Source: Octopus sinensis
Lineage: Eukaryota
NCBI RefSeq assembly: GCF_006345805.1
Contig: NC_043009.1
Span: forward strand, 59,396,001 to 59,460,000
DNA: 64,000 nucleotides
Reading direction: 5' to 3'
The position numbers were made by a program, and so were the translations under genes. Positions 1-13,790 of the stretch are shown here, one piece after another. Position 1 is the first letter of the stretch, and each line of letters opens with the position of its first letter. The notes beneath the pieces were generated by a model, which saw only the letters and a list, made by a program, of their open reading frames with translations, was not told where the DNA came from and made no database searches.

Positions 1-48
1 GGAGGAGACCGATGACAGCAAAGGGTGAGGAGGAGGCGGAGAGTACAA

Positions 49-87
49 GAAGAAGAAGAAGAAGAAGAAGAAGAAGAAGAAGAAGAG
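49..87. repeat. (GAA)n microsatellite
   Basis: Pure GAA run. Confidence 0.95.
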
Positions 88-373
88 GAAAATGATGAAA
101 AAAATAAAAAGCAATGATTACAGAATATGGACAATGAATATCTGTCTATCTATTTCTCACTCTCTCTCTCTCTCTTTCTCACTCTCTTTCTCTGCCACTC
201 TCTCGATACACACACACGCACGCACACACACACACACACACACATACACACACACATATATATGCCCATATAGATATATATATACATATATACATGTACA
301 TAAATATATAGTGTGTGTGTATCTAAACATAAAACTCACGAATAGGGCTGAATAAATAAATAAAATATTATAT

Positions 374-405
<32 letters not shown>

Positions 406-523
406 TATATACATACATACACACACACACACATATAATACATGTACATATGTATATATGTGTGCATGTGTGGTGTGTGTAATACATGCTCAAAAATGTG
501 TTATATGTATATATGCATATGTG

Positions 524-559
<36 letters not shown>

Positions 560-714
560 CAGCGCTCTCATCATTGTCCACATAACGCATACCATATATA
601 CGTGTGCGTCTATGTGTGTGTATGTATGTGTGCGCGGATTATAGACGTGGACTCATGGATGCATGCGTATCAGGCATATGCGTGTATCTATATTAGTGGT
701 TCTTTTGGATGCGG

Positions 715-1260
715 TAGTGGTGGTGGTGGTGGTGGTGGTGGTGGTGGTGGATATGGGATGATCGCCGTGTAAAGATAGTGACATTATTTGCGGGGACTAA
801 CTGTAAATGGTGAGATCGATGTTGGCGGCAGAGGTAGGGAGGCTGATTGCGCGATCGAGAGGTGTCGATGATGCGGATGGAGATGGTGGTTGCCGTGATG
901 TTTGCAATGATGGAATGGAATGGAACGGAATGGTGGTGGTGGAGGTGGTGCTGATGGCAGTGGCAGTTGCGGCGGCGGCGGTGGTGGAGTTGGTGGTGCT
1001 GCTGCTGGTTGTAGTGGTGTTTGTGGTGGTGGCGGTGGTGGTAGTGGTGATGGTGGTAGTAGTAGTGGTGGTGGTGGTGGTAGTAGTGGTGGTAGTGGTG
1101 GTGGTGGTGGTGGTGCTGCTGCTGCTGCTGCTGCTGGTAGTAATGGTGTTTGTGGTGGTGGTGGTGATGGTGGTTGCGGTGGTGGTGGTGGTGGTGGTGG
1201 TGGTGGTGCTGTGGCGGTGGTGGTGCTGGTGCTGGTGGTATCGTTTTTTCTCACCGTCGT
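715..1260. repeat. Compound (GGT/GCT/AGT)n trinucleotide low-complexity island
   Basis: GGT, GCT and GTA runs; explains the poly-V/G/P/T ORFs in several frames. Confidence 0.9.
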
Positions 1261-1584
1261 CGTAGTGGCGGGCAACAGCGATTGAAACGGCAAACGCCGA
1301 TCGTATTGGTGACTTGGAACGGTGATGTCGGTGATCAATAATTCAAGGAGGAGGCAGGCAGGCAGGCAGGCAGGCAGCCAGTCGGGCGGCAGGGCGGGGC
1401 GGGGCGGGGCGGGGCGGGGCGGGTGGATGGGGAGTTGTGGCAGCGATGTCAGGAGTTAGAGGGTGGGGGTTGAGACGAAGGGTCGATTTAGGTTGATCTA
1501 GGTGCTTTAGGTCGTTATCTTATTTGCGGACGACGACGACGACGACGACGACGTTCTTATTATTATCGTTGTTGTCATTGCTGC

Positions 1585-1615
<31 letters not shown>

Positions 1616-2589
1616 ATTGTTGAGGGTTTTGTTGTTGTTTTAAAGCACTTCTATTGATAATTGTTGCAGCAACAGCGAGTGGCATTTGCGATGCATTTTG
1701 TTCGGCATATGTCAGTGTTAGTGTATTCTTCTACGAGTTGGCTGTGATAGTGTCAGAGGAAGAAGCAGCAGCAGCCGCAGTAGCAGAAGCAGTCAATGGT
1801 AGCGGTGGAAATAATGGTAGGGGAGGTGGGGTTATTTTTTTGTTGTTGTTTGTTTTTGTTTTTGTTTTGTTTTTCGGATTAAAAATTGAAGAAAATGCCA
1901 CGATAGATCTGTGATTTGCAATTATGACTCAAGTATCATTCCACTTTCAACTGAAAAGACATTCGCCATTATTTTGCTTTCAAAATGGCAAATGGCGAAC
2001 ACGGCTTAAACAACAAAAGAGTAAAATAAAAAAAAATGACAAAAACAAGAAAAAAACAAAGACTACCATCTTTTTATTTTTATTTTTCTAACTTTCTTTT
2101 TTCTTTATATATATTTTTGTCTTTGTTCTTTTATTCAATTACTTTCTTCAGTATTTCTTCCGATTCTCTTCGTTTCGTTTTTCATTCAATTTTCTTTCCA
2201 TTATTCATTTGCTTGTTTATCTTTTATCTTTTCTTTTTCTTTCGTTAATTTTTTTCATTCATTTTGTATGTGCGTGCATATATGCGTGCGCGCGCGTGCG
2301 TGTGTGTGTGTGTGCGTAACGATGAATAACTGTGAGTGTGTGTATGCCTGCGTATGTATGTGGATGTGTGTGTGTGTTCGTTTATATTATTGCTGTTGTT
2401 TTCTAAAAATGCAAAATGTGATCAGAGAAGAAACGAAAAAATTGAAAGTAAAAAAACAACGAAAGAAACGCTTAAATAAATGAAGAGAGATACAGAGACA
2501 CGCAAAGAAAGAAACGGGGAGAGAGACAGAGAGAGGGAAAGAGAGAGAGACGTACACGAAAGAGAAGCTACACCAAAGGAAGATAGAGA

Positions 2590-2949
2590 GAAGAAACCAG
2601 GAATATATACATACATACACACACATATACACATATATTTGTATATATATATGTGTGTGTGTATATATGTATATATATATACACACAAATATATACAAAC
2701 ACAAACACACATATATGTAAATATATATATATATATAAATATATACATACATATATAAATAAATATATACACAAATATATATATATACATATATATATAT
2801 ACATACATATATACATATATACATATATATATACATAAATATATGAATATATATATATACACACACGTTTACACAAATGTATATATAAACATATGCACAT
2901 GTATGTATATATACATACATATATATATATATGTGGTTGTGTGTGTATA

Positions 2950-2991
<42 letters not shown>

Positions 2992-3061
2992 TATATATAG
3001 TATGTATATATATATATGTATGTAGTATCTTTATGTATATGCATATGTAAATGTGTATGTG

Positions 3062-3136
<75 letters not shown>

Positions 3137-3200
3137 CTTTATATACACACATATACACATGTGTATATGTATACATGGAATAAATGAGTGAGTGAAAGAG
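2590..3200. repeat. (TA)n/(CA)n/(TG)n compound microsatellite
   Basis: Dinucleotide runs; typical of dozens of such tracts in the window. Confidence 0.9.
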
Positions 3201-3515
3201 AGACCAAGAGAGAGAGAGAGAGAGAGTACGTACAAATGTATAAACGATGTGTAAGGAAGAGGGTGTTTGTGTAAAAATGTTGTTGTGCGTATATCTGACA
3301 GAATAGAGAACACGAGCTGAGGGAGAAACAAAATCAACATGGCTATTAACAGTTAATTGTTGCAATATTTCACACAATTTTGTTATATTCAATGTCTTCC
3401 AACATGCAATTTCGAGATTATTATGTAACAACATTTTAGCGGCTCTATTTAACTTTTTCCATGAAATTTTCTTTCCCCGACAATGTTTCATCAATGCATA
3501 TTTTCATGTATTAGC

Positions 3516-3517
<2 letters not shown>

Positions 3518-3578
<61 letters not shown>

Positions 3579-3750
3579 CATTATTATTATTATTTTAAAT
3601 TTTATTATCATTTTTATTTTTATTATTTTAATAGCATCATCATCATTATCCTTATTATTACTATTATTGTTGTTGATGTTGTCATTACTATAAATGCCGC
3701 TATTGCTACTACTATTATTACAATTATACTATTACGATTACTATTTGTTG

Positions 3751-3805
<55 letters not shown>

Positions 3806-3860
3806 TATTATTATTATTATCATCATTACTATTACCATTATTATTTCTACTACTACTAAT
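3518..3860. repeat. (TAT)n microsatellite with degenerate flanks
   Basis: Long ATT runs at 3518-3595 and 3750-3820. Confidence 0.9.
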
Positions 3861-4180
3861 ACTCATATTTCTTCATCGTTACTACAGTTGTGTCGAATGG
3901 CCGTGGTTATTGTTATCATTACCAACCTGTTTTCAAGTAATGCCCTTGTCATGCAAGCGTCTTGTATTTCACCACCTGGTGCACGCACCTCCATGTTCCT
4001 GATTTGTGTGCAGCATTGACTCTTGCAGCGTAGTATTGTGTATTGTATCTTTTTGTGCTCTGTATCCAATTTGCTGTGTTGTAGGCTTCGCTTTTATTGC
4101 ATTTGCCGTTACGTTAAAGTTTCGTCTATTTGCCGGGTAGAATATGCGCAATCTTAGTTGTATCGTTATTTATGTTGGAT

Positions 4181-4344
4181 AGGCGTAAAAGTGGATGTGT
4201 GGTAAGTAGCTTGCTTACCAGCCACATAGTTCCAGGTTCAGTCCCATTGCGTGACATCTTGGGCAAGTGTCTTCTACTATAGCCTCGGGCCGACCAAAGA
4301 CTTGTGAGTGGATTTGGTAGACGGAAACTGAAAAAATCCCGTCG

Positions 4345-4427
<83 letters not shown>

Positions 4428-4454
4428 GTGTGTATATGTATATATATATGTATA

Positions 4455-4490
<36 letters not shown>

Positions 4491-4718
4491 TGTGTGTGTG
4501 TGTACGTGTCTGTGTCTGTCCCCTCAACATCGCTTGACAACTGATGCTGGTGTGTTTACGTCCCCGTCACTTAGCGGTTCGGCAAAAGAGACCGATAGAA
4601 TAAATACTAAGCTTACAAAGAATAAGTTCTGGGGTCGATTTGCTCGACTAAAGGCTGTGCTCCAGCATGGTCACAGTCACATGACTGAAACAAGTAAAAG
4701 AATAAAAAGTAAAGAGAG
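4181..4718 (+). mobile_element. tRNA-headed SINE, family A (full length, internal TA/TG microsatellite)
   Basis: Head GTGG(C/A)TGTGTGGTAAG..GGTTCAGTCCC (A/B-box-like), CTTGGGCAAG core, internal (TA)n, tail GCTCCAGCATGGTCACAGTC..GACTGAAACAAGTAAAAGA; more than 10 homologues in the window. Confidence 0.85.
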
Positions 4719-4789
4719 AGTGATTGTGTTTCGTAGTTCTAATACTCTGTAAGATATCGCCGGGAACTTTCTGAATGAGCCAATGTGTA

Positions 4790-4960
4790 GTTGAACACAT
4801 CCCGGCACTCCGTCGGTTGCGACGACGAGGGTTCCTGTTGATCCGATCAACGGACTAGCCTGCTCGGTAAATTAACGTGCAAGTGGCTGAGCACACCACA
4901 GACACGCACACACTTAACGGAAATTCAATGTAATACAGAATGTGACATGGCTGGCCTCTT
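4790..4960 (+). mobile_element. Unclassified interspersed repeat (family D)
   Basis: GACGACGAGGGTTCC..GATCC..AATTAACGTGCAAGTGGCTGAGCAC..CACAGACACG; a reverse-complement copy lies at ~13605-13730. Confidence 0.6.
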
Positions 4961-5094
4961 CAAACACAGGCACATCTCATTTTTTTTCCGGATGAGGGAT
5001 TCAACACGCCGTCAGGTATCTCAAAGACACATTGATCAAGGACACAACAGGTCACAAAGTACCTAACTCTCGAGCTTACGGTGTTGAGACGAAT

Positions 5095-5329
5095 ACCTAT
5101 TTCTTTATTACCCACAAGGGGCTAAACACAGAGGGGACAAACAAGGACAGACATAGGTATTAAGTCGATTACATCGACCCCAGTGCGTAACTGGTACTTA
5201 ATTTATCGACCCTGAAAGGATGAAAGGCAACGTCGACCTCGGCGGAATTTGAACTCAGAACCTAGCGGCAGACGAAATACCATTTATATTTCGCCCGGCG
5301 CGCTAACGATTCTGCCATTTCGCCGCCTT
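5095..5329 (-). mobile_element. tRNA-like SINE, family B
   Basis: Minus strand reads GGCGGCGAAATGGCAGAATCGTTAGCGC..GTTCTGAGTTCAAATTCCGCCGAGGTCGAC..GGTCGATAAATTAAGTACCAG..AAAGAAATAG; many homologues in the window. Confidence 0.8.
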
Positions 5330-5386
5330 TTGAGACGAATACCCAAACGACTTAGCCATGGGCCTTCACTTGGGCACACCACAGTA

Positions 5387-5512
5387 CAGGGTGTCCACAA
5401 AGTCTAGGTACATAGGATTAACACATACTTTAAGAAATTATTATTTCTTATATTTAATTCTTTATGTTATGATTTTATTTACCCCATGTACCCAGACTTT
5501 GTGGACACCCTG
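5387..5512. mobile_element. Tc1/mariner-type MITE (126 bp)
   Basis: ~30 bp TIRs CAGGGTGTCCACAAA(A)GTCT(A/G)GGTACAT; TA at 5385-86 and 5513-14 (TSD). Confidence 0.85.
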
Positions 5513-5820
5513 TAGATTACGCTGGATCGAGATACAAGTTACATTAGCCGATTAGCCAGAATCTCTGAGCTGAATGATAGGCCCTCGGACATATCAATAC
5601 GTAGAGCATAACCGGGTCCCGAGACCCATGACTCTCCGGGAAATTGCCCTGTGTCCATATGTGTTGACACATCTCTGTTGATAGGTGTAAAATAAACCAT
5701 CTCAATTTCACAGACAAAGCTTCATGAATAACAACTTCGAAGGATTTACGAACAAAAAATACAAGACATGTAGACACGCAACCGGATATTTGGGGCTGGG
5801 CAGGCATTCATACATATATG

Positions 5821-5862
<42 letters not shown>

Positions 5863-6095
5863 ACACACACACACACACCATATATATATATATAAAAATC
5901 AATCTTATACACGCAGGTATAATTATATATATTTATATAGATAGATATAGATATGCATACTATACAAACACATATATACATGCATTCATATACACACATA
6001 TTTATTTGAACATATATGTACATTCATACATATATATTATATATTATATGTATATATATGTATGTATATATATATATATATATAATATATATATA

Positions 6096-6126
<31 letters not shown>

Positions 6127-6207
6127 CATACATACATACATATTGCATATTCACATACACCACATATACATATGTACATAAACACACACGTACAGAGAGA
6201 AAGAGAC

Positions 6208-6255
<48 letters not shown>

Positions 6256-6280
6256 ATAAATGTAGGTGTGTATGTATGTA

Positions 6281-6423
<143 letters not shown>

Positions 6424-7290
6424 TTAGATTTTAGTATATTAGCGTGTGCAACCCTGTTTCTACAAATTCGTATGTGTCTGTTTCATTGGCTGTATTTGTA
6501 TGTGTGTGTGTTTGTGCGCGTGCACGTATATGCATGACCTGTGTTTTTGTAGGTCCTTATCTGTGTCTGTGTGTGCACTCGCGTACGTGCGCGCGTGTGA
6601 CCGTGTGTGTGTCCGTGTGTTTGCGTACGTGTGTGCGCGTGTGTATTGTTTATCAATTGAGCAATCTATATTCTTGGCCTTCTCGCTGATTACCACTTAA
6701 GTCTCCGTTGCTGCAAGAGATCAGTGAACGTTGTACTGGATGATATAATCTAAGTAAGTACGTTAACACGCTTAGAGAGTTCTTCGGTTTGATGTCAATT
6801 CGACGAAGTAATTAGATGTTCTCCAGCTCTTTGGATTGAAATCCTATATCTACATACACTTACAAACTGCGTATATGCATTTATCCGTGTATGGGCGTGT
6901 GTACGTATCAGTGTGCGTGCGATACACACATACACACATACACACACATATATTTATGAATAGATGTATGTTTATATGTATATATGTATATATGCATGTA
7001 TATAGATATATGAATATATATACATTATGTATATTTATATATAGAGTGATAGATAGATATAGATATCGATATACATGTATATACACACAAACATAATTAC
7101 GAATATAGATATATATATATATATATATATATGTACATATTTATATATGTCTATGTGCATGTATATAGATACATGAATATATATATATATATATATAATA
7201 TATGTGTGCATATATATAAACATACAAATATACATATATATATATATATACTTACATACATATATATATATATACATAATATATATATAT

Positions 7291-7334
<44 letters not shown>

Positions 7335-8420
7335 CACACATACATGCATACACATGTTCATATATATTTATATATGTATACATATGTATCTGTGTGTGTG
7401 TGACTGCGTATGCGTCTGTGTATGCATGTATGTTTGTGCGTGCAGGTGTGTGTGTATGCGTGTGTGTGTGTGTGTTTGTGTGTGTTTGTGTGTGTTTGTG
7501 TGAAGAAGGAATATTTCTCTTTGCAATTCGCGTTTGACACTGTAATGCTACTCATAAAAAACAGGTAAGTTCACGACTTTCCGATCGCAGTGGCGTGAAA
7601 CTTTAGTGACCGGGAAAAAAGACTTTAGTCCTTACGTAAACCGTATAGAAATACCTATACATAGAAAGATATGTATGTAGAAATAAGTATATGTGCCTCT
7701 GTGTGTGTTTATGTGTGTGCGTAATAGACTAAATGCATAAACATGCAGGAAAGAACTGGTATTTTGTCAAATTATGACTTTAATATATTGGAACATTTAC
7801 AAAATTTGAAGGTAGAAAAGACTATTCCAGGAGTTCAGAACATAAGAAGTCTGTAAAAGATTGGTTGTGGCAATCTCTTTCATGTTCGTCTGGTGATGGA
7901 TTGTATCTCCTCTAAAATCCTACCCATTTACTGCTTGCAGGGAATTGCACCATCTGTACATCTATTCTCGAAACAGCTGTAAAGTCATAGGAGCATAGCT
8001 TCCTTCTTCTCATCCAGTTTTGGGTTCTAACTACGATGGCCAGCTTTACCTGTTTTTCTTATGTCAATAATATGGACTTGCTTTATATTTGTTCCAGTAG
8101 AATGCCAGAATATATCGCAACCATCATGAAAATAACTCTGATCTTTTATGGACCTCTTGTGAGCTAAACTCTCGTGGCATCCATTTCTACCCTCAAGTTA
8201 TATTGATGTTTAAATATGTCATAATCTGATTCGATATCAGTTGTTTGCTTGTTTATATCATTATTCAAATGTATGTATACAAGTGCGATTGAAACATTGC
8301 ATGTAGCCTATCTTTATCCCTGCATTTTTGGTTGCGGTTCAAAAGGTAGCGAGTCAATCGGAACTCTAAGTGTATGTACCTATTGTCCTGTATCAACAGA
8401 CGTAAATTATCTGAATTTTA

Positions 8421-8452
<32 letters not shown>

Positions 8453-8453
8453 C

Positions 8454-8551
<98 letters not shown>

Positions 8552-8675
8552 GAGGGACCATATATACATATGTATTTGAACAGAGAACGTAGAAACGGTC
8601 GAAATGCCGCTAAGCATCTTGACCAGTGAGCTAACGATACTCCCAGCTTGCTGCCTTTCATAGCAAAAACAATAC

Positions 8676-9218
8676 CGACGACGACAACGACGACGATGGT
8701 GAAGAAAGCGACGACGACAACAACGATGACGATGATGATGATGATGATGATGATGGTCGTGATGGTGATGATGGTGGTGATGATGGTGGTGATGATGGTG
8801 ATGGTGATGGTGGTGGTGTTGATGGTGGTGGTGATGGTGGTGGTGATGATGGTGGTGATGATTGTGGTGATGATGGTGGTGATGGTGGTGGTGATGGTGA
8901 TGGTCGTGGTGGTGATGGTGATGGTGATGTTGGTTGTGATGGTGATGGTGATGGTGATGGTGATGATGATGATGATGATGACGATGATGATGGTGATGGT
9001 ATTGATGATGGTGATGGTGGTGGTGATGATTGTGGTGATGATGGTGGTGATGATGGTGGTGATGATGGTGATGGTGATGGGGGTGGTGATGGTGGTGGTG
9101 ATGATGGTGGTGGTGATGATGGTGGGGATGATGGTGGTGGTGATGGTGGTGATGGTGGTGGTGATGCTGATGGTGGTGGTGGTGATGGTGGTGGTGATGT
9201 TGGTGGTGATGGTGGTGG

Positions 9219-9269
<51 letters not shown>

Positions 9270-9506
9270 CGATGATGATGGTGATGGTATTGATGATGGT
9301 GATGATGGTGGTGATGATGGTGGTGATGATGGTGATGGTGATGGGGGTGGTGATGGTGGTGGTGATGATGGTGGTGATGATGGTGATGGTGATGGGGGTG
9401 GTGATGATGGTGGGGATGATGGTGGTGATGATGGTGGTGATGGTGGTGGTGATGCTGATGGTGGTGGTGGTGATGGTGGTGGTGATGTTGGTGGTGATGG
9501 TGGTGG

Positions 9507-9557
<51 letters not shown>

Positions 9558-9671
9558 CGATGACGATGATGATGATGATGATGATGATGATGGTGGTGGT
9601 GATGATGGTGATGACGATGATGATGATGATGATGATGATGGTGTTGGTGATAGTGATGGTGATGATGTTGG

Positions 9672-9712
<41 letters not shown>

Positions 9713-9718
9713 GTGATA

Positions 9719-9772
<54 letters not shown>

Positions 9773-9808
9773 CTGACGACGACGACAATGATGATCTGGT
9801 GGTGATGA
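8676..9808. repeat. 1.1-kb (GAT/GGT)n compound trinucleotide array
   Basis: Almost entirely GAT/GGT/GAC triplets; source of the 385-473 aa artefact ORFs. Confidence 0.95.
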
Positions 9809-9949
9809 TATTTTCTTTTATTTGACATACGGTAATTGATGACCGTGACATCATACGGACAGTTTGTGCAATGCGTGAAGGTTTGCGCAAAACATGAAAG
9901 AAAAGAAAGGGAAAAGATGGTGAAATGAGATTAAAATTCTCCTAAGTAT

Positions 9950-10380
9950 GAGATGTTGTAGTTCTCCTGGTACAGGAGACCCTCCGGCTGGAGTCAATCA
10001 TGGAGCCCCATAAATCCAGAATAATCCTGACCACCAAAAAGCACGATCCCTTTTCCCCGACTGCTATTTCCCAATTTATAGGTGAATGGTTAGAGTCGGT
10101 CCATTTACACTCACCATTTTTGTCTCTCAGAGTCACCCACCTTTGTACGAATTCACTGGAAGGGAGCCCTTCCCTATTCCACCTCACTTTCTTTTTTTCT
10201 CCAAGAGGGACTTTAAAAAAGTCGAAAGGAGCTTCACCGAAGAGGAAGTTGTCTCTCTTCAATTCCTTCAGCCTCGACCACTATACAACCTATTTTGCCA
10301 AAGCCACTAGACAGAGAAACACCGTCTGCCCTTCCCCGTTGGTGGTGAGGTGATCTTCACAATGGATTCTGCCGATAGTC
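9950..10380 (-). pseudogene. Possible 3'-terminal fragment of an L1/Tx1-like LINE ORF2
   Basis: Minus-strand translation LSAESIVKI..VFLCLVALAK*VV*WSRLK..DNFLFG..FFK..SSEFVQRWV with in-frame stops; assigned from recall of similar octopus LINE C-termini, not from a diagnostic motif. Confidence 0.35.
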
Positions 10381-10891
10381 TAGTCAGTTCGTCCTAATAG
10401 CAATAATCCCTTCAACTTTAAGCAGAAGGCCTGAAATTTTAAGGGATAGGGTCTAGTCGATTAGACTGACCCTAGAAACCGATTGATATTTATTTCATCA
10501 ACCCCGAAAGGGTTAAATGTAACATCGAGCACGGAAAGAGCATTGTCGTATTCGCTTTCATGCTAATTCGATCTAAGAAATACATTAAGGGTTTTCTGAA
10601 GTATTCAACCACTTCAGTTAAACGAGGAGGTAGGTGAATAGAACGAACGTCTGAATTGTGGTTATCGGAAACAAGGTGGGGAAAGCTTTTTTCCCACACG
10701 ACAAAAGTAGTAACCGCTGAAATATATACAGTTCGTGGTTACAGTTTTCCCACGCTCTGAGCATGCTTGGGCGTGTGTGTGCGTGTATGTACATGTGTGT
10801 GTGCATGTGCTTGCGTGTATCTGTGGGAATTTTTTCGCATTTTGGATGGATAGATAGATAGATAGATAGACAGATAGACAGATAGACAGAC

Positions 10892-10978
<87 letters not shown>

Positions 10979-11050
10979 CAGACAGATAGACAGATTCATT
11001 CATACATACATACATACATACATACATGAACACTAACATATACTCCTACA

Positions 11051-11232
11051 TCTATTATATAAAATCCGTTCTGTCTGTGTGTGTGTGGGTGTCTTCTAGG
11101 ATCTCGGGCATCCTCCATCCGATTGCGCTCAAATTTGATATGTAGATACCGACGTGTATAAGTAGATACCGACGTGTATAAGTCTTGAAAAAATTACAAA
11201 AATCGATTCCAGGTGAGAATGCAATCGATAAA
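11051..11232 (+). mobile_element. Non-autonomous Helitron-like 5' end
   Basis: A|TCTATTATATAAAATCCGTT(C)TGTCTG..CCGATTGCGCTCAAATTT start; reverse-complement copy ends at 51642, also in A|TC context. Confidence 0.55.
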
Positions 11233-11660
11233 GCATTCTTTGGAATAGAAAAAAAGTATATCTTTATTTCTTCTTTTGCTAGTGTCTTAAATCTAGATTA
11301 AATCAATGTTTCTCAAAGGGGAGGCCTAAGGAGAGGTCGGACAAGTTATTTAGAAAAAAATTGATTTAAATGTTTGACAACTCAGCGCCGTCCATTGGAC
11401 GGGGGGCGTTTTGCTCGTATATATATATATATATATATATATAAAGAGATAATAGGAAGCCATATTCGCTTAATTTATAGGTTTACGTAATTACGCCACA
11501 TCAAAGCCATAACAATAATGTACAAAAATTACTGGATACCAGTAATTTTGCCGAATCGCTCTAAGTTACGGGGATGTAAACACACCAACATCAGTTGTCA
11601 AGCTATGGTTGCGGGGACAAACACACACATACATAGTTATATACCCCTATATTTATACTC

Positions 11661-12070
11661 GCACAGGAGTGGCTGTGTGGTAAGTAGCTTGTTTACCAAC
11701 CACATGGTTTGGGGTTCAGTCCCACTGCGTGGCACCTTGGGCAAGTGTCTTCTACTATAGCCTCGGGCCGACCAAAGCCTTGTGAGTGGATTTGGTAGAC
11801 GGAAACTGAAAGAAGCTCGTCGTATATATGTATATATATATATACGTGTGTGTGTGTGTGTTTGTGTGTCTGTGTTTGTCCCCCTAGCATTGCTTGACAA
11901 CCGATGCTGGTGTGTTTATGTCCCCGTTACTTAGCGGTTCGGCAAAACAGACCGATAGAATAAGTACTGGGCTTACAAAAGAATAAGTCCCGGGGGTCGA
12001 GTTGCTCGACTTAAGGCGGTGCTCCAGCATGGCCACAGTCAAATGACTGAAACAAGTAAAAGAGTAAAAG
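11661..12070 (+). mobile_element. SINE family A, full length
   Basis: Same head, core, internal microsatellite and tail as 4181-4718. Confidence 0.9.
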
Positions 12071-12439
12071 AGAGAGAGAGAGAGAGTATGTGTGTTTGTG
12101 GAAGAATAGTGGCAATCAAACGAAGATGAAATAAATAGATAAAGCAATACTGATAACATTTGCAACCTGTTGGAATGCCGCTTCGTCGGTTACTGAAGGT
12201 ACAACCTCAACAGGCTTACTTGGTGAGGAGAGTGATATTTCTTGACAACCTGCCGAATAAATAAACAAGACCCTTTACAGGGTGGTTAAAATCATGAGAG
12301 AAAACGGCTTCCCAACTGTGAGCTAATATCCTTTATTCAAATACCTGTTGACTTGTAAGTAGCCTTTGCTGGGAAAAGGCTGAGAGAGGACATTCTGAAA
12401 TCAAATCTGCAGTTGATGTTGCTACCAGTTATATTTCTT

Positions 12440-12847
12440 TTCTAATCTAGGTACAATGCCCGAAATTTGGCGGGAGGGGGCGAGTGGGGGCAACTGGTAC
12501 TTAATTTATCGACCCCGAAAGGATGAAAGCGAAAGTCGACCGCAACGGAATTTGAACACAGAATGTAAACAGACGAAATACTGCTAAGCATTTCGCCCGG
12601 CGTACTAACGTTTCTTATTTCTTTATTGCCCACAAGGGGCTAAACATAGACGGGACAAACAAGGACAGACAAAATGATTAAGTCGATTACATCGATACCA
12701 GTGCGTAACTGGTACTTAATTTATCGACCCCTAAAGGATGAAAGGCAAAGTCGACCTCAACTGAATTTGAACACAAAACGTAAACAGACGAAATACCGCT
12801 AAACATTTCGTCCTGCGTACTAACGTTTCTGCCACTTCGCCGCCTTA
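12440..12847 (-). mobile_element. Two abutting SINE family B copies
   Basis: Two blocks CTGGTACTTAATTTATCGACC..GGATGAAAG..GTCGAC..TTTGAAC..ACTAACGTTTCT. Confidence 0.8.
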
Positions 12848-13604
12848 GCTACCAGTCCTATTGTAATGCTTGTCATTGGATTCTAGTTAGTGACATACAC
12901 ACACAGAGTGAGACAAGCATTGTTCAAGCGAATGTCAGTTGATCCAATAACGTGCAGATGTCTTATTTCATCTGATTTATCTTGTCTCTTCAAATTATAT
13001 AGCGATAAAACAGCGACAATGAAGAATCATTTCAGGCAACAAAGAATTAATGGTGATTATTGGAATGAAATGAATTAAATGGGAAAACTATTATGTGTGA
13101 AGATCATTTTACCATTATGTGATCTTGTAAGTCTCTGTGTACAGAGATAGAATGTATTTTTCAACCACGTGTAGTATGCAACACAGGTAGTAAGCAAACA
13201 GAAAATGCAACAGATTGGTGAAAATAATTACAAAATTAACACAGGCAAATATACAAAGAGGGGATCGAAAAGGGGAAAAAAGCGTGTAATATGCAACAAA
13301 GGCAGTAAACAAAAGTAAAATAGAAAAACGCATTTAGTAGAGATGACCCGGAAGTTGTTGCTCTTCGATTACTATCACAAATAACAGTAGGTTTCTACAG
13401 CTGAATACACGCCGCTGATTGGTTAAAATTACCCAAATACGACAACTTTAGCACATAATAACTTCTAAAATACGAAATTTTGTCCAAAATGTTCAAAGTA
13501 AACTGTGTTCAGCGTGAGAAATTACACCAATATAAGAAATTTCAAACTGTTTAGTTTTTAAAAAAATAATTTAAAAATCTGTGCGCCAAACCGAATAGAT
13601 CCTC

Positions 13605-13730
13605 TCCCTGAGAACTACGTTAAGGGTGTGCGTGTCTGTGGAGTGCTCAGCCACTTGCAGGTTAATTTCGCGAGCAGACTGTTCCGTTTATTGGATCAAC
13701 TGAAACCCTTGTCGTCGTAGCCGGCGGAGT
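13605..13730 (-). mobile_element. Family D repeat copy
   Basis: Reverse complement of the 4790-4960 repeat. Confidence 0.55.
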
Positions 13731-13790
13731 ACCAGTCTTTTATTGTTTATATATATGTGTGTGTGTGTGTGTATGATTGCACGTGCGCAT

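Noticed and set aside
7500-7570. CAG|GTAAGT splice donor as evidence of a host exon
   Set aside because: A single consensus hexamer is expected by chance in 64 kb; no acceptor or coding frame was found.
7940-7990. GAAAC-AGCT-GTA palindromic half-hammerhead (similar halves near 20800, 33545 and 43010)
   Set aside because: The CUGANGA half is missing or unrecognisable; at most these are relics.
8407-9890. 385-473 aa ORFs, and similar poly-I/Y/V/T/P/H ORFs throughout the track
   Set aside because: They are translations of stop-free microsatellites, open in several frames and on both strands, with no domain content.
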